A DNA stretch of 64,000 nt from Narcine bancroftii (Eukaryota). Below the pieces are notes generated by a model. It worked only from the letters and a program-made list of their open reading frames with translations, ran no database searches and was not told the DNA's origin. A program made the translations under genes and the position numbers. Below, one piece after another: positions 15,301 through 30,300 of the stretch. Location of the stretch: positions 298,902,001 to 298,966,000 of the forward strand of contig NC_091471.1 in the NCBI RefSeq assembly GCF_036971445.1, read 5' to 3'. How positions within the stretch are numbered: position 1 is the stretch's first letter; each line of letters begins with the position of its first letter.

Positions 15301-18300
15301 CCACATCAGCGGCAGGATCGTCAACTTTAGGCAGTTCAAGTGCAATAACAACAGAAATTACATCAGCTTCAACATCGACACCAGCTGCAAGTACGGGTAA
15401 GTCTAATAAAGAGGACAGACATAAATTCAGGTTCTGTTTGTCTGATAAATGTGAAATAATGTGGATGTTATCATCAAACAAGCATTTTCATGATTTTCCA
15501 GACAATATCACAACAGTCTTGAAAAAAGCGTAAAGTAGCGTGTAATATTGCTGATTACTCATGCGCAGAAATGTTAGAGACGTCTTATCATGTCAATTTA
15601 TTTGTGGAAAAGGACTCCCAGTCTTTCAACTTTCTTAAACAATTCACTTTCACACTGACAGAAACATCTGGTACCACATCAAGTACAGAGGGGATGACTG
15701 TGGCCCCCTCAACAACTGAAGTGATCTCAACATCGGCACAAACATCAACTGCAGGCAGTTCAAGTTCATTAACAACTGAAGTTACATCGACAACAACAGC
15801 AAGCACTGGTTAGTCTTCTTCAAAGAGGAAAACAGATAGCCTATCTTTCTCAAATAAATCTGAAATTATGTGGATGTTATCATCAAAAAAGGAATTTACT
15901 GTATTTCCAGATAATATAGCACAGGAATTGAAAAGAAAAATAAAGTACCAGGAAATATTGGTCATTCTTCAAACTCTGAAGATTACAAAATGTATAAAAA
16001 TGATATTATCGTATGTCAAAAAGCACTCATGACTTTAAACTTCTGTAACATGTCCCTTTCACACTTCCAGAAACAACTGGGACAACAAGTACAGAGGCAA
16101 CAACTGTGGCCACCACAACATCTACAGAGACCACATCAGCGGCAGGATCGTCAACTTTAGGCAGTTCAAGTGCAATAACAACAGAAATTACATCAGCTTC
16201 AACATCGACACCAACTGCAAGTACGGGTAAGTCTACTAAAGAGGAACAGACATAAATTCAGGTTCTGTTTGTCTGATAAATGTGAAATAATGTGAATGTT
16301 ATCATCAATCAAGCATTTTATTATTTTCCAGACAATATCACAACAGTCTTGAAAAAAGCATAAAGTGGCGTGTAATATTGTTGATTGATCATGCGCAGAA
16401 ATGATAGAGACGTCTTATCATGTCAATTTATTTGTGGAAAAGGACTCCCAGTCTTTCAACTTTCTTAAAAAATTTACTTTCACACTTCCAGAAACATCTG
16501 GAACCACATCAAGTACAGAGGAGATGACTGTGGCCCCCTCAACAACTGAAGTGATCTCAACTACAGCGCAAACGTCAACTGCAGGCAGTTCAACTTCATT
16601 GACACCTGAGGTTACATCGACAACAACTGCAATCACCGGTTAGTCTTCTTTTAAGAGGAAACGAGATAAATGTAGCATATCTTTCGCCAATAAATCTGAA
16701 ATTATTTGGATATTATTATCAAGCAAGGAATATACTGAATTTCCAGATAATATCGCACAGAAATGAAAAGAAAAATGAAGTACAGGGAAAAATTGGTCAT
16801 TCTTCAAACTCAGAAGATTTCAAAAAGTATAAACATGATATTATTGTATTTCAAAAGCACTCATGGTGTTAAACTTCTGTAACATGTCTCTTTCACACTT
16901 CCAGAAACAACTGGGACAACAAGTACAGAGGCAACGACTGTGGCCACCACAACATCTACAGAGACCACATCAGCGGCAGGATCGTCAACTTTAGGCAGTT
17001 CAAGTGCAATAACAACAGAAATTACATCAGCTTCAACATCGACACCAACTGCAAGTACGGGTACGTCTACTAAAGAGGACAGACATAAATTCAGGTTCTG
17101 TTTGTCTGATAAATGTGAAATAATGTGGATGTTATCATCAAACAAGCATTTTCATGATTTTCCAGACAATATCACAACAGTCTTCAAAAAAGCGTAAAGT
17201 AGCGTGAAATATCGTTCATTGCTCATGCGCAGAAATGTTCGAGACGTCTTATCATGTCAATTTATTTGTGGAAAAGGACTCTCAGTCTTTGAACTTTCTT
17301 AAACAATTCACTTTCACACTGACAGAAACATCTGGAACCACATCAAGTACAGAGGAGATGACTGTGGCCCCCTCAACAACTGAAGTGATCTCAACTACAG
17401 CGCAAACGTCAACTGCAGGCAGTTCAACTTCATTAACAACTGAAGTTACATCGACAACAACTGCAAGCACTGGTTAGTCTTCTTCAAAGAGGAAAAGCAT
17501 AAATGTAGCGTATATTTCGCCGATATTTCTGAAATTATTTGGATATTATCATCAAGGAAGGAATTTAATGAATTTCCAGATAATAATGCACAGGAATTGA
17601 AAAGAAAAATAAAGTACCACGAAATATTGGTCATTCTTCAAACTCAGAAGATTACAAAATGTATAAAAATGATATTATTGTCTGTCAAAAAGCACTCATG
17701 ACTTTAAAATTCTGTAACATGTCCCTTGCAAACTTACAGAAACAACTGGGACAACAAGTACAGAGGCAACGACTGTGGCCACCACAACATCTACAGAGAC
17801 CACATCAGCGGCAGGATCATCAACTTTAGGCAGTTCAAGTGCAATAACAACAGAAATTACATCAGCTTCAACATCGACACCAACTGCAAGTACGGGTACG
17901 TCTACTAAAGAGGAACAGACATAAATTCAGGTTCTGTTTGTCTGATAAATGTGAAATAATGTGGATGTTATCATCAAACAAGCATTTTCATGATTTTCCA
18001 GAAAATATCACAACAGTCTTGAAAAAAGCATAAAGTGGCGTGTAATATTGTTGATTGCTCATGCGCAGAAATGTTCCAAATGTCTTTTCGTGTCAATTTA
18101 TTTATGGAAAAGGACTCCCAGTCTTTGAACTTTCTTAAAAAGTTTACTTTCACACTTCCAGAAACATCTGGAACCACATCAAGTACAGAGGAGATGACTG
18201 TGGCCCCCTCAACAACTGAAGTGATCTCAACTACAGCGCAAACGTCAACTGCAGGCAGTTCAACTTCATTAACACCTGAGGTTACATCGACAACATCTGC

Positions 18301-21300
18301 AATCACCGGTTAGTCTTCTTTTAAGAGGAAACGAGATAAATGTAGCATATCTTTCACCAATAAACCTGAAATTATTTGGATATTATCATCAAGCAAGGAA
18401 TATACTGAATTTCCAGATAATATCGCACAGGAAATGAAAAGAAAAATGAAGTACCAGGAAATATTGGTCATTCTTGAAACTCAGAAGATTACAAAACGTA
18501 TAAACATGATATTATTGTATTTCAAAACAGTCATGGCGTTAAACTTCTGTAACATGTCCCTTTCACACTTCCAGAAACAACTGGGACAACAAGTACAGAG
18601 GCAACGACTGTGGCCACCACAACATCTACAGAGACCACATCAGCGGCAGGATCGTCAACTTTAGGCAGTTCAAGTGCAATAACAACAGAAATTACATCAG
18701 CTTCAACATCGACACCAACTGCAAGTACGGGTAAGTCTACTAAAGGGGACAGACATAAATTCAGGTTCTGTTTGTCTGATAAATGTGAAATAATGTGGAT
18801 GTTATCATCAAACAAGCATTTTCATGATTTTCCAGACAATATCACAACAGTCATGAAAAAAGCGTAAAGTAGCGTGAAATATCGTTCATTGCTCATGCGC
18901 AGAAATGTTCCAAATGTCTTTTCGTGTCAATTTATTTGTGGAAAAGGACTCTCAGTCTTTGAACTTTCTTAAACAATTTACTTTCACACTTCCAGAAACA
19001 TCTGGAACCACATCAAGTACAGAGGAGATGACTGTGGCCCCCTCAACAACTGAAGTGATCTCAACAATGGCACAAACGTCAACTGCAGGCAGTTCAAGTT
19101 CATTAACAACTGAAGTTACATCGACAACAACAGCACGCACTGGTTAGTCTTCTTCAAAGAGGAAAACAGATAGCCTATCTTTCTCAAATAAATCTGAAAT
19201 TATGTGGATGTTATCATCAAGCAAGGAATTTACTGAATTTCCAGATAATATCGCACAGGAATTGAAAAGAAAAATAAAGTACCAGGAAATATTGGTCATT
19301 CTTCAAACTCTGAAGATTACAAAATGTATAAAAATGATATTATCGTATGTCAAAAAGCACTCATGACTTTAAACTTCTGTAACATGTCCCTTTCACACTT
19401 CCAGAAACAACTGGGACAACAAGTACAGAGGCAACGACTGTGGCCACCACAACATCTACAGAGACCACATCAGCGGCAGGATCGTCAACTTTAGGCAGTT
19501 CAAGTGCAATAACAACAGAAATTACATCAGCTTCAACATCGACACCAACTGCAAGTACGGGTACGTCTACTAAAGAGGAACAGACATAAATTCAGGTTCT
19601 GTTTGTCTGATAAATGTGAAATAATGTGGATGTTATCATCAAACAAGCATTTTCATGATTTTCCAGAGAATATCACAACAGTCTTGAAAAAAGCGTAAAG
19701 TAGCGTGTAATATTGTTGATTGCTCATGAGCAGAAATGTTAGAGACATCTTATCATGTCAATTTATTTGTGGAAAAGGACTCCCAGTCTTTGAACTTTCT
19801 TAAACAATTCACTTTCACACTGACAGAAACATCTGGAACCACATCAAGTTCAGATGAGATGACTGTGGCCCCCTCAACAACTGAAGTGATCTCAACTACA
19901 GCACAAACGTCAACTGCAGGCAGTTCAACTTCATTAACAACTGAAGTTACATCGACAACAACTGCAAGCACCGGTTAGTCTTCTTTAAAGAGGAAAAGAC
20001 ATAAATGTAGCGTTTATTTCGCCAATATATCTGAAATTATTTGGATATTATCATCAAGGAAGGAATTTAATGAATTTCCAGATAATATCGCACAGGAAAT
20101 GAAAGGAAAAATGAAGTACCAGGAAATATTGTTCATTCTTCAAACTCAGAAGATTACAAAACGTATAAACATGATATTATAGTATTTCAAAAGTACTCAT
20201 GGCGTTAAACTTCTGTAACATGTCCCTTTCACACTTCCAGAAACAACTGGGACAACAAGTACAGAGGCAACGACTGTGGCCACCACAACATCTACAGAGA
20301 CCACATCAGCGGCAGGATCGTCAACTTTAGGCAGTTCAAGTGCAATAACAACAGAAATTACATCAGCTTCAACATCGACACCAACTGCAAGTACGGGTAA
20401 GTCTACTAAAGAGGACAGACATAAATTCAGGTTCTGTTTGTCTGATAAATGTGAAATAATGTGGATGTTATCATCAAACAAGCATTTTCATGATTTTCCA
20501 GACAATATCACAACAGTCTTGAAAAAAGCATAAAGTGGCGTGTAATATTGTTGATTGACCATGCGCAGAAATGTTAGAGACGTCTTATCATGTCAATTTA
20601 TTTGTGGAAAAGGACTCCCAGTCTTTCAACTTTCTTTAACAATTCACTTTCACACTGACAGAAACATCTGGAACCACATCAAGTACAGAGGAGATGACTG
20701 TGGCCCCCTCAACAACTGAAGTGATCTCAACTACAGCGCAAACGTCAACTGCAGGCAGTTCAACTTCATTAACACCTGAAGTTATATCGACAACAACTGC
20801 AATCACCGGTTAGTCTTCTTTTAAGAGGAAACGAGATAAATGTAGCATATCTTTCGCCAATAAATCTGAAATTAATTGGATATTATCATCAAGCAAGGAA
20901 TATACTTAATTTCTAGATAATATCACACAGGAAATGAAAAGAAAAATGAAATACCAGGAAATATTGGTCATTCTTGAAACTCAGAAGATTACAAAACGTA
21001 TAAACATGATATTATTGTATTTCAAAAGCACTCATGGTGTTAAACGTCTGTAACATGTCAATTTACACTTCCAGAAACAACTGGGACAACAAGTACAGAG
21101 GCAACGACTGTGGCCACCACAACATCTACAGAGACCACATCAGCGGCAGGATCGTCAACTTTAGGCAGTTCAAGTGCAATAACAACAGAAATTACATCAG
21201 CTTCAACATCGACACCAACTGCAAGTACGGGTAAGTCTACTAAAGAGGACAGACATCAATTCAGGTTCAGTTTGTCTGATAAATGTGAAATAATGTGGAT

Positions 21301-24300
21301 GTTATCATCAAACATGCATTTTCATGATTTTCCAGACAATATCACAACAGTCTTGAAAAAAGCGTAAAGTAGTGTGTAATATTGTTGATTGCTCATGAGC
21401 AGAAATGTTTGAGACATCTTATCATGTCAATTTATTTGTGGAAAAGGACTCCCAGTCTTTGAACTTTCTTAAACAATTCACTTTCACATTGACAGAAACA
21501 TCTGGAACCACATCAAGTACAGAGGAGATGACTGTGGCCCCCTCAACAACTGAAGTGATCTCAACATCGGCACAAACGTCAACTGCAGGCAGTTCAAGTT
21601 CATTAACAACTGAAGTTACATCGACAACAACAGCAAGCACTGGTTAGTCTTCTTCAAAGAGGAAAACAGATAGCCTATCTTTCTCAAATAAATCTGAAAT
21701 TATGTGGATGTTATCATCAAGCAAGGAATTTACTGAATTTCCAGATAATATCGCACAGGAATTGAAAAGAAAAATAAAGTACCAGGAAATATTGGTCATT
21801 CTTCAAACTCTGAAGATTACAAAATGTATAAAAATGATATTATCGTATGTCAAAAAGCACTCATGACTTTAAACTTCTGTAACATGTCCCTTTCACACTT
21901 CCAGAAACAACTGGGACAACAAGTACAGAGGCAACGACTGTGGCCACCACAACATCTACAGAGACCACATCAGCGGCAGGATCGTCAACTTTAGGCAGTT
22001 CAAGTGCAATAACAACAGAAATTACATCAGCTTCAACATCGACACCAACTGCAAGTACGGGTAAGTCTACTAAAGAGGACAGACATAAATTCAGGTTCTG
22101 TTTGTCTGATAAATGTGAAATAATGTGGATGTTATCATCAAACAAGCATTTTCATGATTTTCCAGACAATATCACAACAGTCTTGAAAAAAGCATAAAGT
22201 GGCGTGTAATATTGTTGATTGATCATGCGCAGAAATGTTAGAGACGTCTTATGGTGTCAATTTATTTGTGGAAAAGGACTCCCAGTCTTTCAACTTTCTT
22301 AAAAAATTTACTTTCACACTTCCAGAAACATCTGAAACCACATCAAGTACAGAGGAGATGACTGTGGCCCCCTCAACAACTGAAGTGATCTCAACGACAG
22401 CGCAAACATCAACTGCAGGCAGTTCAACTTCATTAACACCTGAAGTTACATCGACAACAACTGCAATCACCGGTTAGTCTTCTTTTAAGAGGAAACGAGA
22501 TAAATGTAGCGTATCTTTCGCCAATAAATCTGAAATTATTTGGATATTATCATCAAGCAAGGAATATACTGAATTTCCAGATAATATCGCACAGGAAATG
22601 AAAAGAAAAATAAAGTACCACGAAATATTGGTCATTCTTCAAACTCAGAAGATTACAAAATGTATAAAAATTATATTATTGTCTGTCAAAAAGCACTCAT
22701 GACTTTAAACTTCTGTAAATTGTCCCTTGCAAACTTACAGAAACAACTGGGACAACAAGTACAGAGGCAACGACTGTGGCCACCACAACATCTACAGAGA
22801 CCACATCAGCGGCAGGATCGTCAACTTTAGGCAGTTCAAGTGCAATAACAACAGAAATTACATCAGCTTCAACATCGACACCAACTGCAAGTACGGGTAC
22901 GTCTACTAAAGAGGACAGACATAAATTCAGGTTCAGTTTGTCTGATAAATGTGAAATAATGTGGATGTTATCATCAAACAAGCATTTTCATGATTTTCCA
23001 GACAATATCACAACAGTCTTGAAAAAAGCATAAAGTGGCGTGTAATATTGTTGATTGATCATGCGCAGAAATGTTCGAGACGTCTTATCATGTCAATTTA
23101 TTTGTGGAAAAGGACTCCCAGTCTTTCAACTTTCTTTAACAATTCACTTTCACACTGACAGAAACATCTGGAACCACATCAAGTACAGAGGAGATGACTG
23201 TGGCCCCCTCAACAACTGAAGTGATCTCAACTACAGCGCAAACGTCAACTGCAGGCAGTTCAACTTCATTTACACCTGAAGTTATATCGACAACAACTGC
23301 AATCACCGGTTAGTCTTCTTTTAAGAGGAAACGAGATAAATGTAGCATATCTTTCGCCAATAAATCTGAAATTAATTGGATATTATCATCAAGCAAGGAA
23401 TATACTGAATTTCTAGATAATATCGCACAGGAAATGAAAAGAAAAATGAAGTACCAGGAAATATTGGTCATTCTTGAAACTCAGAAGATTACAAAACGTA
23501 TAAACATGATATTATTGTATTTCAAAAGCACTCATGGTGTTAAACGTCTGTAACATGTCTCTTTCACACTTCCAGAAACAACTGGGACAACAAGTACAGA
23601 GGCAACGACTGTGGCCACCACAACATCTACAGAGACCACATCAGCGGCAGGATCGTCAACTTTAGGCAGTTCAAGTGCAATAACAACAGAAATTACATCA
23701 GCTTCAACATCGACACCAGCTGCAAGTACGGGTAAGTCTAATAAAGAGGACAGACATAAATTCAGGTTCTGTTTGTCTGATAAATGTGAAATAATGTGGA
23801 TGTTATCATCAAACAAGCATTTTCATGATTTTCCAGACAATATCACAACAGTCATGAAAAAAGCGTAAAGTAGCGTGTAATATTGCTGATTACTCATGCG
23901 CAGAAATGTTAGAGACGTCTTATCATGTCAATTTATTTGTGGAAAAGGACTCCCAGTCTTTCAACTTTCTTAAACAATTCACTTTCACACTGACAGAAAC
24001 ATCTGGTACCACATCAAGTACAGAGGGGATGACTGTGGACCCCTCAACAACTGAAGTGATCTCAACATCGGCACAAACATCAAATGCAGGCAGTTCAAGT
24101 TCATTAACAACTGAAGTTACATCGACAACAACAGCAAGCACTGGTTAGTCTTCTTCAAAGAGGAAAACAGATAGCCTATCTTTCTCAAATAAATCTGAAA
24201 TTATGTGGATGTTATCATCAAAAAAGGAATTTACTGTATTTCCAGATAATATAGCACAGGAATTGAAAAGAAAAATAAAGTACCAGGAAATATTGGTCAT

Positions 24301-27300
24301 TCTTCAAACTCTGAAGATTACAAAATGTATAAAAATGATATTATCGTATGTCAAAAAGCACTCATGACTTTAAACTTCTGTAACATGTCCCTTTCACACT
24401 TCCAGAAACAACTGGGACAACAAGTACAGAGGCAACAACTGTGGCCACCACAACATCTACAGAGACCACATCAGCGGCAGGATCGTCAACTTTAGGCAGT
24501 TCAAGTGCAATAACAACAGAAATTACATCAGCTTCAACATCGACACCAACTGCAAGTACGGGTAAGTCTACTAAAGAGGAACAGACATAAATTCAGGTTC
24601 TGTTTGTCTGATAAATGTGAAATAATGTGAATGTTATCATCAATCAAGCATTTTATTATTTTCCAGACAATATCACAACAGTCTTGAAAAAAGCATAAAG
24701 TGGCGTGTAATATTGTTGATTGATCATGCGCAGAAATGATAGAGACGTCTTATCATGTCAATTTATTTGTGGAAAAGGACTCCCAGTCTTTCAACTTTCT
24801 TAAAAAATTTACTTTCACACTTCCAGAAACATCTGGAACCACATCAAGTACAGAGGAGATGACTGTGGCCCCCTCAACAACTGAAGTGATCTCAACTACA
24901 GCGCAAACGTCAACTGCAGGCAGTTCAACTTCATTGACACCTGAGGTTACATCGACAACAACTGCAATCACCGGTTAGTCTTCTTTTAAGAGGAAACGAG
25001 ATAAATGTAGCATATCTTTCGCCAATAAATCTGAAATTATTTGGATATTATTATCAAGCAAGGAATATACTGAATTTCCAGATAATATCGCACAGAAATG
25101 AAAAGAAAAATGAAGTACAGGGAAAAATTGGTCATTCTTCAAACTCAGAAGATTTCAAAAAGTATAAACATGATATTATTGTATTTCAAAAGCACTCATG
25201 GTGTTAAACTTCTGTAACATGTCTCTTTCACACTTCCAGAAACAACTGGGACAACAAGTACAGAGGCAACGACTGTGGCCACCACAACATCTACAGAGAC
25301 CACATCAGCGGCAGGATCGTCAACTTTAGGCAGTTCAAGTGCAATAACAACAGAAATTACATCAGCTTCAACATCGACACCAACTGCAAGTACGGGTACG
25401 TCTACTAAAGAGGACAGACATAAATTCAGGTTCTGTTTGTCTGATAAATGTGAAATAATGTGGATGTTATCATCAAACAAGCATTTTCATGATTTTCCAG
25501 ACAATATCACAACAGTCATGAAAAAAGCGTAAAGTAGCGTGAAATATCGTTCATTGCTCATGCGCAGAAATGTTCGAGACGTCTTATCATGTCAATTTAT
25601 TTGTGGAAAAGGACTCTCAGTCTTTGAACTTTCTTAAACAATTCACTTTCACACTGACAGAAACATCTGGAACCACATCAAGTACAGAGGAGATGACTGT
25701 GGCCCCCTCAACAACTGAAGTGATCTCAACTACAGCGCAAACGTCAACTGCAGGCAGTTCAACTTCATTAACAACTGAAGTTACATCGACAACAACTGCA
25801 AGCACTGGTTAGTCTTCTTCAAAGAGGAAAAGCATAAATGTAGCGTATATTTCGCCGATATTTCTGAAATTATTTGGATATTATCATCAAGGAAGGAATT
25901 TAATGAATTTCCAGATAATAATGCACAGGAATTGAAAAGAAAAATAAAGTACCACGAAATATTGGTCATTCTTCAAACTCAGAAGATTACAAAATGTATA
26001 AAAATGATATTATTGTCTGTCAAAAAGCACTCATGACTTTAAAATTCTGTAACATGTCCCTTGCAAACTTACAGAAACAACTGGGACAACAAGTACAGAG
26101 GCAACGACTGTGGCCACCACAACATCTACAGAGACCACATCAGCGGCAGGATCATCAACTTTAGGCAGTTCAAGTGCAATAACAACAGAAATTACATCAG
26201 CTTCAACATCGACACCAACTGCAAGTACGGGTACGTCTACTAAAGAGGAACAGACATAAATTCAGGTTCTGTTTGTCTGATAAATGTGAAATAATGTGGA
26301 TGTTATCATCAAACAAGCATTTTCATGATTTTCCAGAAAATATCACAACAGTCTTGAAAAAAGCATAAAGTGGCGTGTAATATTGTTGATTGCTCATGCG
26401 CAGAAATGTTCCAAATGTCTTTTCGTGTCAATTTATTTATGGAAAAGGACTCCCAGTCTTTGAACTTTCTTAAAAAGTTTACTTTCACACTTCCAGAAAC
26501 ATCTGGAACCACATCAAGTACAGAGGAGATGACTGTGGCCCCCTCAACAACTGAAGTGATCTCAACTACAGCGCAAACGTCAACTGCAGGCAGTTCAACT
26601 TCATTAACACCTGAGGTTACATCGACAACATCTGCAATCACCGGTTAGTCTTCTTTTAAGAGGAAACGAGATAAATGTAGCATATCTTTCACCAATAAAC
26701 CTGAAATTATTTGGATATTATCATCAAGCAAGGAATATACTGAATTTCCAGATAATATCGCACAGGAAATGAAAAGAAAAATGAAGTACCAGGAAATATT
26801 GGTCATTCTTGAAACTCAGAAGATTACAAAACGTATAAACATGATATTATTGTATTTCAAAACAGTCATGGCGTTAAACTTCTGTAACATGTCCCTTTCA
26901 CACTTCCAGAAACAACTGGGACAACAAGTACAGAGGCAACGACTGTGGCCACCACAACATCTACAGAGACCACATCAGCGGCAGGATCGTCAACTTTAGG
27001 CAGTTCAAGTGCAATAACAACAGAAATTACATCAGCTTCAACATCGACACCAACTGCAAGTACGGGTAAGTCTACTAAAGGGGACAGACATAAATTCAGG
27101 TTCTGTTTGTCTGATAAATGTGAAATAATGTGGATGTTATCATCAAACAAGCATTTTCATGATTTTCCAGACAATATCACAACAGTCATGAAAAAAGCGT
27201 AAAGTAGCGTGAAATATCGTTCATTGCTCATGCGCAGAAATGTTCCAAATGTCTTTTCGTGTCAATTTATTTGTGGAAAAGGACTCTCAGTCTTTGAACT

Positions 27301-30300
27301 TTCTTAAACAATTTACTTTCACACTTCCAGAAACATCTGGAACCACATCAAGTACAGAGGAGATGACTGTGGCCCCCTCAACAACTGAAGTGATCTCAAC
27401 AATGGCACAAACGTCAACTGCAGGCAGTTCAAGTTCATTAACAACTGAAGTTACATCGACAACAACAGCACGCACTGGTTAGTCTTCTTCAAAGAGGAAA
27501 ACAGATAGCCTATCTTTCTCAAATAAATCTGAAATTATGTGGATGTTATCATCAAGCAAGGAATTTACTGAATTTCCAGATAATATCGCACAGGAATTGA
27601 AAAGAAAAATAAAGTACCAGGAAATATTGGTCATTCTTCAAACTCTGAAGATTACAAAATGTATAAAAATGATATTATCGTATGTCAAAAAGCACTCATG
27701 ACTTTAAACTTCTGTAACATGTCCCTTTCACACTTCCAGAAACAACTGGGACAACAAGTACAGAGGCAACGACTGTGGCCACCACAACATCTACAGAGAC
27801 CACATCAGCGGCAGGATCGTCAACTTTAGGCAGTTCAAGTGCAATAACAACAGAAATTACATCAGCTTCAACATCGACACCAACTGCAAGTACGGGTACG
27901 TCTACTAAAGAGGAACAGACATAAATTCAGGTTCTGTTTGTCTGATAAATGTGAAATAATGTGGATGTTATCATCAAACAAGCATTTTCATGATTTTCCA
28001 GAGAATATCACAACAGTCTTGAAAAAAGCGTAAAGTAGCGTGTAATATTGTTGATTGCTCCTGAGCAGAAATGTTAGAGACATCTTATCATGTCAATTTA
28101 TTTGTGGAAAAGGACTCCCAGTCTTTGAACTTTCTTAAACAATTCACTTTCACACTGACAGAAACATCTGGAACCACATCAAGTTCAGATGAGATGACTG
28201 TGGCCCCCTCAACAACTGAAGTGATCTCAACTACAGCACAAACGTCAACTGCAGGCAGTTCAACTTCATTAACAACTGAAGTTACATCGACAACAACTGC
28301 AAGCACCGGTTAGTCTTCTTTAAAGAGGAAAAGACATAAATGTAGCGTTTTTTTCGCCAATATATCTGAAATTATTTGGATATTATCATCAAGGAAGGAA
28401 TTTAATGAATTTCCAGATAATATCGCACAGGAAATGAAAGGAAAAATGAAGTACCAGGAAATATTGTTCATTCTTCAAACTCAGAAGATTACAAAACGTA
28501 TAAACATGATATTATAGTATTTCAAAAGTACTCATGGCGTTAAACTTCTGTAACATGTCCCTTTCACACTTCCAGAAACAACTGGGACAACAAGTACAGA
28601 GGCAACGACTGTGGCCACCACAACATCTACAGAGACCACATCAGCGGCAGGATCGTCAACTTTAGGCAGTTCAAGTGCAATAACAACAGAAATTACATCA
28701 GCTTCAACATCGACACCAACTGCAAGTACGGGTACGTCTACTAAAGAGGAACAGACATAAATTCAGGTTCAGTTTGTCTGATAAATGTGAAATAATGTGG
28801 ATGTTATCATCAAACAAGCATTTTCATGATTTTCCAGACAATATCACAACAGTCTTGAAAAAAGCGTAAAGTAGCGTGTAATATTGTTGATTACTCATGC
28901 GCAGAAATGTTAGAGACGTCTTATCATGTCAATTTATTTGTGGAAAAGGACTCCCAGTCTTTGAACTTTCTTAAACAATTCACTTTCACACTGACAGAAA
29001 CATCTGGAACCACATCAAGTACAGAGGAGATGACTGTGGCCCCCTCAACAACTGAAGTGATCTCAACTACAGCGCAAACGTCAACTGCAGGCAGTTCAAC
29101 TTCATTAACACCTGAAGATACATCGACAACAACTGCAAGCACTGGTTAGTCTTCTACAAAGAGGAAAAGACATAAATGTAGCATATATTTCGCCTATATA
29201 TCTGAAATTATTTGGATATTATCATCAAGCAAGGAATATACTGAATTTCCAGATAATATCGCACAGGAAATGAAAAGAAAAATGAAGTACCAGGAAAGAT
29301 TGGTCATTCTTCAAACTCTGAAGATTACAAAATGTATAAAAATGATATTATTGTATTTCAAAAGCACTCATGGCGTTAAACTTCTGTAACATGTCCCTTT
29401 CACACTTCCAGAAACAACTGGGACAACAAGTACAGAGGCAACGACTGTGGCCACCACAGCATCTACAGAGACCACATCAGCGGCAGGATCGTCAACTTTA
29501 GGCAGTTCAAGTGCAATAACAACTGAAATTACATCAGCTTCAACATCGACACCAACTGCAAGTACGGGTACGTCTACTAAAGAGGAACAGACATAAATTC
29601 AGGTTCTCTTTGTCTGATAAATGTGAAATAATGTGGATGTTATCATCAAACAAGCATTTTCATGATTTTCCAGACAATATCACAACAGTCATGAAAAAAG
29701 CGTAAAGTAGCGTGAATTATTGTTCATTGCTCATGCGCAGAAATGTTCCAAATGTCTTTTCATGTCTATTTATTTGTGGAAAAGGACTCCCAGTCTTTGA
29801 ACTTTCTTAAATAATTTATTTTCACACTTCCAGAAACATCTGGAACCACATCAAGTGCAGAGGTGATGACTGTTGCCCCCTCAACCACTGAAGTGATCTC
29901 AGCTATGGCACAAACGTCAACTGCAGGCAGTTCAACTTCATTAACACCTGAAGTTACATCGACAACAACTGCAATCACCGGTTAGTCTTCTTCAAAATGG
30001 AAAGGACATAAATGTAGCATATTTTTCGCCAATATATCTGAAATTATTTGGATGTTATCATCAAGTAAGGAATTTACTGAATTTCTAAATAATATCGCAC
30101 AGGAATTGAAAAGAAAAATAAAGTACCAGAAAATATTGGCCATTCTTCAAAGTCAGAAAATTACAAAATGTATAAAAATGATATTATTGTATGTCAAAAA
30201 GCACTCATGACTTTAATCTCCTGTGACATGTCCCTTTCACACTTCCAGAAACAACTGGAACACCAAGTACAGAGGCAACGTTTGTGGCCACCACAACATC

